Assembly (NCBI GenBank): GCA_001641205.1
Contig: LSMX01000003.1
Span: forward strand, 120,177-184,176
DNA length: 64,000 nucleotides
Reading direction: 5' to 3'
From: Mycoplasma sp. Bg1
Lineage (GTDB): Bacteria > Bacillota_I > Bacilli_A > Mycoplasmatales > Hepatoplasmataceae
Shown piece by piece: positions 46,556 through 55,193 of the stretch (within the stretch, counting starts at the first letter, position 1; every line of letters starts with the position of its first letter). The position numbers were made by a program, and so were the translations under genes. The notes beneath the pieces are model-generated. The model was not told where the DNA came from and ran no database searches. It saw only the letters and a list, made by a program, of their open reading frames with translations.

Positions 46556-47176
46556 TTAGTTATTTATAATATTAAATATTTTTCTTGCAAACTGAAAATA
46601 TTCTTCTGTAGGTATTATTTTTGTTATTGGAATATCATAATTACTATGTACAATTTTATTTCTTTCAGAAATTATTTTTTTTCAAAGTTCATTATCATTA
46701 TTGGTTAAATTTTCAAAATTATCAATAATTAAAGAATGATAAAAATGATTATTTTTATTTTTTGTATTTAACAAAATAGAAATATCTTTTTTAACATTAC
46801 AGTTATTTCAAGTTTTGTTATTTAAAAAATCACTAATAAGTTTTATAAATAATTTTTTATTAAAATCATCAATATCCTCTCTTAACAAAATTTTGCCAGT
46901 AATTCTACTTATTTTTTCTCTATTATTGATATTTTCATCACTTAAAGATCTTTCAAAAAAATATTCAGACATTTTTGAAATAATATTTTTATCTAAAAAT
47001 TTATAACTTTCATTTTGAATACTCATTAAAACAAAATTTTTTCATTTGGTTTCTATTTCAGATACAATAAAAATATAAAAATACTCCACAATTATTTTTT
47101 GTTTAGGTGTAGTTACATCAAAAGAACTATTTTTAAGTTTTTTTTCCAGATAATTTAAGATTTCTATGTTTTCCAT
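46556..47176 (-). CDS. HEPN-like protein (206 aa) with C-terminal R-x4-H motif
   Basis: ATG at 47176 lies 1 nt after the DUF262 stop. The C-terminus ..ELW(TGA)KKIISERNKIVHSNYDIP.. contains RNKIVH (Rx4H). Codons 46556..46700 were hand-translated. Confidence 0.5.
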
Positions 47177-47177
47177 T

Positions 47178-48407
47178 TTAAATAATTAAATAATCACTAA
47201 ATGCGGTAAAAATTTTAGTATATTTCAACATTAATTGATTATTATTTCCTGTTCCTATTTTCAAACTTAAAAAAAATTTTTTTTCTTTATCATTAATAAA
47301 AAGAGATTTATAAATTTCTTGAAATTGCTGTTTTGAAATTTTTTCAAAATCTAGATATTTAAATAAAATTAATGTTGCCTCTGCCAAAGAAATATTAATT
47401 TTATTATCAAAATTAAAAAAATTCTCATTTTTTGAATTAGAATAAATTCTAAATATTTTAATTCCATCAAAATATTCTTTTAATTTATACATTAGCTTAT
47501 TTAAATCATTAATAATTTGCTCATTTTTTTCAATAGAATTTTTTGATGCTAATTTCATATAATTGTTTATTAAATAAATAATTCTTCCATTATAATCCAA
47601 AATTTTAATAGAAATTTCATTAAAATTATTTCTACTAAGTCTTATTTTTTCATAAAAAGACAAATATCTAAAAATAAGTTCGGTGTTTTTCATTCTTTTA
47701 ACAAAAACAGAATTTAGTGTTAAGTTTTCAAAAACTTTTCACTCTAAATTATCATTAGTAAATTTTTTGATTTTAGAGTTTAAATCACTTCTATAAATTG
47801 CATTACGTAATTCTTGAGTATTTAATTTCATAGATCCTTGGTTTAATCTAGAAAAAATATCAAATTTTAAAGATTCATCAGATCCTTTTCTAATTCTTAT
47901 TGTTTGTAAAACTTGAGTTTTTAAATAATTTTGGACTCCTATATTTAATTCTTCAAATTTTTTGCCATTTAAATTTTCAAATGATTCTAAACCTCTTAAT
48001 TTTCATTCATTATGTAAAAATGTTTGAATGGTTGTTAATCTTTGGACACCATCTATAACGTCAAATTTTGAATTTGTAGTTTCAAATAAATAAACTGGAG
48101 GTATAGTAATATTAATTAAGAGTGATTCAATAAATTTTGCTCCATTTAATATTGATCAAACAAAATTTCTTTGAAATTCTGGACTAATATTTCAATCTTC
48201 ATCATCTAATCTTCTACAAATATCTTGCAATTCAATGTTGGTGGTATCTATTATTAATGATTTAGGTTTTCAACCTTTTTCTTGATTATTAGCTTCATCA
48301 CTATCAAATTCTTCTTCTTTTTCATCATAACCAGAGTTTTTTTCAAAATCATCATTTTCTTTAGTCAAAATTGGTGCAAACTCTAATTCCTTAATTTTAT
48401 TATTCAT
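47178..48407 (-). CDS. DUF262 (ParB/GmrSD N-terminal-like) domain protein, 409 aa
   Basis: ..NISPEFQRNFVW(TGA)SILNGAKFIESLLINITIPPVYLFE..FDVIDGVQRLTTIQTFL (QR..W and DGxQR motifs). Acidic N-terminal extension. No DUF1524/HNH-type C-terminal domain recognised. Confidence 0.7.
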
Positions 48408-48492
48408 AATATTCCTTTTTATAATTATATAATTTTAAATAAACTAATTTAAAATTACTTTATTATTTAAAATAAATTTTGCATTTTTATAA

Positions 48493-48518
48493 AAAAATAG
48501 GAATCTAGTTCCTATTTT
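48493..48518. terminator. terminator hairpin family, copy 3 (degenerate loop)
   Basis: aaaaataggaa tctag ttcctatttt. Confidence 0.45.
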
Positions 48519-48530
48519 AATATTTAAAAT

Positions 48531-48756
48531 CTAATATGTATGTGTTGCTTCTTTTCCTTCAAGAATATCAACACCGTTTGAAGTTCCAATTCTACTTGCC
48601 CCAGCATTAATATATGCTTCAGCATCTTCGTAGGTTCTAACTCCACCTGCAGCTTTAATTTTTGTATCAGGATTAATATTATCTTTCATAATTTTTACTG
48701 CTTCTAAAGTAGCTCCTGAACAATCAATTTTTGTAGAAGTTTTTACAAAATCTCAA
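48531..48756 (-). pseudogene. deoC 3' fragment (about 75 C-terminal codons), copy 2
   Basis: Near-identical to 49854..50079 of the intact deoC. Homology stops at ..acaaaatctca, and 15 nt further on comes the stop codon of the next gene. Confidence 0.85.
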
Positions 48757-48770
48757 TTTAAAATAATTGC

Positions 48771-49517
48771 CTATTCTTGATTTTCCAATTCAAATTCAAG
48801 TACAGATTCTCATTTTTGATTAGTAATTGCTTCTTTATTTACAAAATCTAAATATCTTTTTTTAAAGTCCTTTTCATTTTTAAAACCTTTATTATAAGCT
48901 TCAACTTTAGTAAAAATTTCTGCAAAATTTAATCCTTTTTTTCTATAAAGGGAAATTGTAGAAGCAATAGTTTTAATTTGATCTATTTGTTTTTCATATA
49001 TAGATGCATCTGTCTCTAATTGAATATGGGCAGTAGTTTGTACTAATTTTAATGGTGTTTCATTATTATATAAACAAAGTATGCTTTTTATTATTCAATA
49101 TATTGATAAAAAAATTGTAAAAATGTCTATAAAAATAAATGCAATATAGAGAGAGTTGATTCAACTTGAAATCCCTACAGAATTAAACATTAGATCATTA
49201 ATTTCTTTTGTATATATTCCAAATAAAATTGCTAAGCCAAAAAATAAGAAGAATAAACCAAAATATATAATTACTTTAAATTGGTTAATATTTATATTAT
49301 TTTTGTCTATTTCTAAACAAAATATAATTTTTATTATTCAATATATTGAAAATAAAATTGCAAAAATATCGAAAAAAACAAAACTAGTGCGCCGTGCTCC
49401 ATAATATCAATGAAAATGATGTGCAATTACCCCAAACACAATTGCTAATGCTAAAAATAAAAATAATAATCCAAAATATAATATTACTTTAAATATATTC
49501 TTCTGTTGCAAATTCAT
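48771..49517 (-). CDS. fusion protein: two tandem 2-TM modules + the conserved C-terminal domain of the Arg/Gln-rich family (248 aa)
   Basis: I translated codons 49517 down to 48972 one by one and read the remaining 3' codons down to the TAG at 48771 by eye; no TAA/TAG was seen. MNLQQKNIFKVILYFGLLFLFLALAIVFGV..FDIFAILFSIYW(TGA)IIKIIFCL / ..NQFKVIIYFGLFFLFFGLAILFGI..FIDIFTIFLSIYW(TGA)IIKSILCL, then ..DQIKTIASTISLYRKKGLNFAEIFTKVEAYNKGF..WESVLEFELENQE. Confidence 0.7.
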
Positions 49518-49803
49518 TATTTTCCCCCAACAATTTAATAGTCTTATAATTTTAATTATATATTTAATGATAAAATAATGATTTAAATATATATTTATCT
49601 CCTATTTTTAATATATAAAATTATGTAATATAATAGCAATCTTCATATAAACATTTATATTTTTAAATATTTTTATTCACAATTCCTTTTTGCAAAAAAA
49701 CTAAATAATCAAGTGATTTTTAATTTTAAATAAAAATTTATAATCAATTCTATACTAGAACATCAAGAATAAATTTATAAATAAATATCATCAAAAATAA
49801 ATT

Positions 49804-49832
49804 AAAAAATAGGAATTAACTTCCTATTTTTT
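49804..49832. terminator. terminator hairpin family, copy 4
   Basis: aaaaaataggaa ttaac ttcctatttttt, directly downstream of the intact deoC. Confidence 0.6.
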
Positions 49833-49853
49833 AATGTTTATTATTTATAAATT

Positions 49854-50516
49854 CTAATATGTGTGTGTTGCTTCTTTTCCTTCAAGAATATCAACACCGT
49901 TTGAAGTTCCAATTCTGCTTGCCCCAGCATTAATATATGCTTCAGCATCTTCGTAGGTTCTAACTCCACCTGCAGCTTTAATTTTTGTATCAGGATTAAT
50001 ATTATCTTTCATAATTTTTACTGCTTCTAAAGTGGCTCCTGAACAATCAATTCCTGTAGAGGTTTTTACAAAATCTCATTTTGCATTACTTGCAATTCTT
50101 GATGCTTTTGCAATTTGATCATCGCTAAGAAGAGCAATTTCTAAAATAATTTTAATTGTTGTTCCTTCTGTTGCAGCTCTAATTGCTTTTAGCTCATTTT
50201 CAACGTATTCTCAATCTCCTGATTTAATCATGGAAACATTAATTACATAATCAAGTTCATCAGCACCTCTTCTAATTGCATCTTGGCCTTCAAAAACTTT
50301 AGCTTCGGTAGTTTGAGTTCCATAAGGAAATCCAACTACAGCTGTAATTCCAATGTTATTTGCATGTAATCTTTCTTTTACATAGTCAATTCACATTGGG
50401 TGAATACATAATGTAATAAAATTTCATTTAATTGCATCTTCTACGTATTTATCTAAAATTTCTTTTGTTGAATCTCTTTTAATTAAAGTGTGATCAATAT
50501 ATCTATTTAATTCCAT
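49854..50516 (-). CDS. deoC: deoxyribose-phosphate aldolase
   Basis: MELNRYIDHTLIK.., CIHPMW(TGA).., VVGFPYG.., W(TGA)DFVKTSTG (Schiff-base Lys), AAGGVRT. 220 aa, with TAG at 49854. Confidence 0.9.
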
Positions 50517-50713
50517 TTAAATTTCTCCTTTTATTAGTTAAGTTAAATCATAATCTTTTTTATCATATAATTATTAATTTTTAAATAATTTATAAGTTTT
50601 TTGCATTTCTATTAAAGCAATTTTAAGTCTTTTTGCTTTTTATTTTCTTTTTACCTAAATTATTATACTACATAAAATTATCATTACTAGTAAGAAGGAT
50701 AATTTATAATATA

Positions 50714-52099
50714 TTAAAATTTTTGGAAATATTCTAAATCTATTCCGTTTAATTCTAATCGCTTATTAATATAATTCTTAGTTTCTGGTGTTAAAATTGT
50801 TGAAATTAGAGAATGTTCTAATTTTTCTGATTTAATTTGCTTAACAATTTCCCCATATTCATCCTTTTTAATTCAAATATTTCCCTCTTGATCAAAAACT
50901 AATATATTTTTATCAAATAATTTATGAATAGTTGGGCCTAGTAATAAACCATTTTCAGGATCATATTTTTCATCTTTATTACATTTTATAAAATCAACAA
51001 TATGAGAAGCTTCTATTGCATACGAATTTTTCATTCCTTTAATTAAATCATTTTTATTAATAAATTCTTGTTCATTAATTTCAATATATCTTTTAATATC
51101 ATTCAATAAAAGTTGACGATATTGTACTTGTCCTGGTCTACCATTATCATTTTTTATAAAAAATTCTAAAACTTTAGATTGAATTGTTAAAATTTCTACT
51201 TTTCAATCATTTAAATATTTTTCAAATAAAAAATCATTTAATTTATTAAAGATAGTCATTGCTAAATTTAAATCATTTTTAATTAAATTTTTAATTGTTG
51301 TTTGAGTTCCGAAATGTTTTCCAATAGAAGATTTTCCACTTTTATGTGTTTTAAATAATTCTGGAAGAGGAATTTTTTGGTTTTTTTGTTTTCTTAAAAT
51401 TACTACAATATCTAAGCAAACTGGAAAATTGCTATTACATAATTCATATAAAAAGAGTGCATGTAATGAAAAGAAAATATCTCTAATTGAATAACCCTTA
51501 ATATATTTTAGATTAAAATAATTTTTATAATTATTAACAAAATTAGATGCTAAATCAATCTTATCAATAATATAATCATCAATTATTTTTGATTTAAAAA
51601 TTAGATTAAAATAATTACTTGGAGCAAAATCTTTTTGAATTTCCAAATAACCCAAGCTTGCCATAACCTCTATAAATTGTCTTAGAGTTGATTTTGCAAT
51701 TAACTTTTTAAAATTTCTTCTATCATTAAAATAATCTTCTATTTTAAAAATTCACTCTCCCTCTTTTCCAATATAAAGAGCACTAGTTAAATAAGTTAAT
51801 TTTTGATCAACTCTTTTATAAATATTTAGATAATACCGTTTTTCTTTTTTAGTCTTTTTTTGTACTTTTAAAATTGATTCTTTTCATTCAAGAAAAATTT
51901 CTTCTTTTTCTAAATCAAGATTATAAGTTTTTAATAAATAGATAAACAAATTATTTATCCGACATAAATGAGTAAAAAAATCAGTTCCCATTGTTCAAAC
52001 AAATCCTCATTGATCTTTTTTAGTAATATCATCATTCATTTCAACTTGTTTTTGATAGATTGCTTTAATTTTAGTAATTTGATCTTTTGAAAATTCCAT
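50714..52099 (-). CDS. putative type II restriction endonuclease with C-terminal HNH (HNH_2-like) nuclease motif, 461 aa
   Basis: ATG at 52099 lies 1 nt after the methylase stop and is preceded by ggagga. C-terminal ..EASHIVDFIKCNKDEKYDPENGLLLGPTIHKLFDKNILVFD. Pieces 51203 and 50873 share one frame. Confidence 0.65.
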
Positions 52100-52100
52100 C

Positions 52101-53398
52101 TTATTCCTCCAAAGTAGACATATAGTAAAATATCATTTCGATGATATTTACTGCAATTGAATTTCCTGCCTGTTTATAAAGCTTTTCTCTTGCTTGATTA
52201 TCTGTCTTAGCTCGGTATTTTTTAGTAACAAGAAGCATCTCTTTTTTAGCACTTTGATACTGCTTTTCACTAAAACCCATAAGAAGATATGCTTCTCTTG
52301 GGGTAATAAATCTTCAATTAGTATAATCAACTCCATTATTATCAAATCTTTTATTATTAAAAGCAACTGATCCACAATTTGGTAATCTATCCTGTTTTGT
52401 TGTTACTGTTGGAATATGTTTTAAATTAATATCAATGCAAGGAGAAGAATCAATCATTCTTATTCTTGAAGGAGTATTTTTAATTTGTGCTCAAAGCGAT
52501 TCTTCAAAATCTTTATTAGAAAAATCTATTAATTTCTTAATAGGTTTTTTATTTTTTGGTTGATAAATTTTACAAGTATAGATTTTTTTTAAAATAATTT
52601 CAAGATCATCTCTTGTTCCTTTTCAAGAAACTATTTCATTATTAGGATCATAAATAGAAAAAGCATAAACACGGCGTCTTTTTTGGACCATTCCAAAATC
52701 ACTTGAATAGAGCATTCCCCAAATTGTTTTATAACCTAAAAGCTCTAATTGCTCCATCCAAGCATCAAAGTCTGCTCGATGTTGTTTTTGAACTAAATTA
52801 GGAACATTTTCAAGTAGGAGGAATTTTGGTAATAAATTTGGGCGTCTCTCTCTCTCTCTCTCTCTCTCTCTTCTTGAATTGCTTTAAGATTTATTAAAAC
52901 CTTTTCAATTTCAAGAAGTAACCCTGATCTGGTATGGGCTTTTATTCCCTCATTAAAGCCGTGAAAATTACCTGCAGTAGATAAATCAGTACAAGGAAAA
53001 GAATAAGTAAGCAAGTCTACTCCATTGTTATCTTCAATTATTTTTTTTATTCTAGTAGTTGAATCTACTATAGTTCCAATGTTACTAGCAACTTTGAAAG
53101 CTTTATATCAATCAAGTTTTACTTCTTTTTTAATTGTAGAAGTATTTAAAAAAGGTTTTGATCCATCAAGACTAAAAGTATTTTTTTTAATTCAATTATC
53201 AAGTTCATCATCAGTTGGAGTTTTAATCTTACTTCGATAATTTTTATAATGAATTGCAGCATAGGACTGAGCAGCAAAAACATCCCAATCGGATGTTCCT
53301 ATAATTTCATAATCAAGAATGCCTTTACTCTTTAAGTTTTTTAGGGCAGTATTTTGTGCTCCAATTCCACTAAAAGTTTCAATAACTTTAAATTTCAT
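52101..53398 (-). pseudogene. DNA (cytosine-5)-methyltransferase, out of frame at an internal (GA)13 tract (candidate phase-variable gene)
   Basis: 5' frame: MKFKVIETFSGIGAQ (motif I), SFPCTDLS (motif IV). After the repeat, the motifs continue in another frame: RPNLLPKFLLLENVPNLV (VI), QKRRRVY (VIII), ITPREAYLLMGF, GNSIAV (X). Total length is 1298 nt, which is not a multiple of 3. Confidence 0.85.
52845..52870 (-). repeat. (GA)13 dinucleotide tract inside the methyltransferase ORF
   Basis: Thirteen tc units on the plus strand, counted directly. 12 or 15 units would restore a single 431/433-aa frame. Confidence 0.95.
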
Positions 53399-53528
53399 AT
53401 AAAAAAATTATATACAGAGGCAAAACTAAAACTGCTGTGAAAAAAATAATATAATGATTTAATAATATAGAAATTCAATTTTTAGAAATATTGATAATAA
53501 ACCTTTTACCACATAAATTGTGTTTATC

Positions 53529-53543
53529 TTTTTTTTTTTTTTT
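53529..53543 (+). promoter_or_regulatory. T15 homopolymer in the divergent promoter region between the methyltransferase and surface-protein gene 1
   Basis: 15 consecutive T, counted. It ends 65 nt upstream of the ATG at 53609 and is followed by tataaat (53557..53563). Confidence 0.5.
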
Positions 53544-53608
53544 GTTATTCCATTATTATAAATTTATAGATAAATAATAAATTTTAAGAAAGGAATAAGT
53601 AAATAAAT

Positions 53609-54733
53609 ATGAAGAAACAATATTTAATTGGTTTACTAGGACTTACAATAATATTTACCCCAGTTGCAAATAGTTTATTAAGTACCAATTCAAAATTATT
53701 TAATTCTACATATACAAATAATCAAATACAAGAAGAATCTATAATTAACGAAGAAAATAGCCAAGTAATTGTAAAAGATCTTGATAATGATGGAAAAGCA
53801 AGTCAGGGTGATCAAATTGATGAAATACAATTTAGTGCTAATTATGATGAATTTTATCCTCTTTATGAAGATAAATCTAAAACTACTTCATCTAATGAAT
53901 ATGGATTAAATATTTATCCAGAAAATTCACCTAATACTGTAAAACCTTTTTATAGTATTTCTTATAATCAAATTGATGAGTTAAATCAAAATCAAAATGT
54001 AGACTTTTTAAATTTTGATTTTAATTCTACTAATAATCCAACTTGAAAAATTTGAGATGCAAAACTTCCTGATAGTAGTCAAGAATTTATCATAACTGCA
54101 GAAAGCAAAAAAGATAATCATCAAGAAAAAATAATAGAAAATAATATTGGTGAGGTTTCAATTACACCATATATAAAGGATGAAAATGACTGAAGCGAAC
54201 CAAAAGTTTATGATGCAAAAGTAACCGAGAATCCAACTGGTGCATTTATGAACCCACAAGCAACTATCTCCTATGAAGTAGATTATGGTAATAATGGAGG
54301 TGACCGTGGTGGAAAAAAATATCAATTGACAAAACTAGAAATCATTAATATAAACGGTACTGAAATTAAAAATGGTACAAAATATGCAGACAAAGCAAAC
54401 CAAGGTAGCATTGGAGATGATGATTGATTGATAATACTAACTCCTAATACATATTATGATTTATATATGAAGGCAATTTTTCATGACCCTGATGATAAAA
54501 ATGCTGAAGGAATTACTCAAACAGTAAAATTTGATGATGATAGTGGCAAATTTGATACTTTTGATGATAAAGATCCTGATCCCACACCGCCCATTCCCAC
54601 ACCGCCCATTCCCACACCACCTGGTCCTTCTAGTAGTAATACAATGATAATGATTGGAATAATAATTGGAGTTATACTCTTTGTTGGAATTATTTCTTTC
54701 ATCGGATATTATTTATATAAAAAAAATAAATAA
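53609..54733 (+). CDS. surface protein family member 1 (374 aa): signal peptide, ectodomain, Pro/Thr stalk, C-terminal TM anchor
   Basis: MKKQYLIGLLGLTIIFTPVANS.. (no lipobox Cys), DLDNDGKASQGDQIDE, PTPPIPTPPIPTPPGP, then IMIGIIIGVILFVGIISFIGYYLYKKNK. Pieces 53609 and 54428 share one frame and are joined by TGA. Confidence 0.75.
54581..54620 (+). repeat. 15-bp tandem repeat encoding the PTPPI stalk (about 2.7 copies)
   Basis: cccacaccgcccatt cccacaccgcccatt cccacaccac. Confidence 0.85.
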
Positions 54734-54752
54734 TAAAGTTAAAAATAACATT

Positions 54753-54782
54753 AAAAAAAGTAGAGATATTTCTACTTTTTTT
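54753..54782 (+). terminator. rho-independent terminator after surface gene 1
   Basis: aaaaagtaga gatatt tctacttttttt. Confidence 0.6.
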
Positions 54783-54821
54783 AATTTTACTATTCATTAT
54801 GTTTTTTATTAATTGGAGTTT

Positions 54822-54995
54822 TAATCTTACATCAATTATTATAATAAATCACAACATTAAGTTGAGCAACAAAAACATTCTACTTAAAATATTTTTATAA
54901 TTTTGAAATAAAAAAATACCTTTATTCTTTAAGTTTTTTAAAGCAGTATTTTGTGCTCTAATTCTGCTAAAAATTTCAAGAACTTTAAATTTCAT
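54822..54995 (-). pseudogene. decayed copy of the methyltransferase 5' end
   Basis: MKFKVLEIFSRIRAQNTALKNLKNKG.. versus MKFKVIETFSGIGAQNTALKNLKSKG of the full gene. Internal deletions, with motif I destroyed. Homologous to about 53214..53398. Confidence 0.8.
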
Positions 54996-55193
54996 ATAAA
55001 AAATTATATGTAAAAGTAAAGATAAAACTATTGTATATAATGATTTAATAATATAGAAATTCAATATTTAAAAACATGATAATAAATCTTTTACCACATA
55101 AATTGTGTTTATCTTTTTTTTTTTTTTTGTTATTACATTATTATAAATTTATAGATAAATAGCAAATTTTAAGAAAGGAATAAGTAAATAAAT
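54996..55193. repeat. duplicate of the 53399..53608 divergent intergenic/promoter region
   Basis: Same sequence blocks (..taatatagaaattcaat.., ..ttaccacataaattgtgtttatc-Tn-gttatt.., aagaaaggaataagtaaataaatATG). Confidence 0.85.
55113..55128 (+). promoter_or_regulatory. T16 homopolymer upstream of surface-protein gene 2
   Basis: 16 consecutive T, counted. Same position as the T15 tract in the paralogous promoter. Confidence 0.5.

Larger units (their letters stand above)
46355..48530 (-). mobile_element. about 2.2-kb inserted island (DUF262 + HEPN-like genes) bracketed by direct repeats of the deoC 3' end plus terminator
   Basis: Flanked by deoC fragment 1 (45957..46354) and terminator plus deoC fragment 2 (48493..48756). 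No integrase or transposase is visible, so mobility is inferred only from the repeat structure. Confidence 0.3.

Noticed and set aside
46355-48530. Integrase, transposase or IS ends that would explain the island and the repeat scrambling across 41-64 kb.
   Set aside because: No ORF in the accessory region shows recombinase or transposase motifs (DDE, Tyr or Ser recombinase) that I can recognise, and no terminal inverted repeats flank the segments. The rearrangements are therefore attributed to homologous or illegitimate recombination between the repeats.
52148-52375. 75-aa ORF, and the 52793..53014 ORF, as independent genes.
   Set aside because: 52793..53014 is the 5' methyltransferase frame running into the post-repeat out-of-frame stop. 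52148..52375 is out of frame with the conserved 3' methyltransferase motifs (frame x mod 3 = 0).
54849-55064. 71-aa ORF upstream of surface gene 2.
   Set aside because: It is the decayed duplicate of the methyltransferase N-terminus (motif I FSGIGA changed to FSRIRA, plus internal deletions) fused to non-homologous upstream sequence. It is a relic, not a gene.
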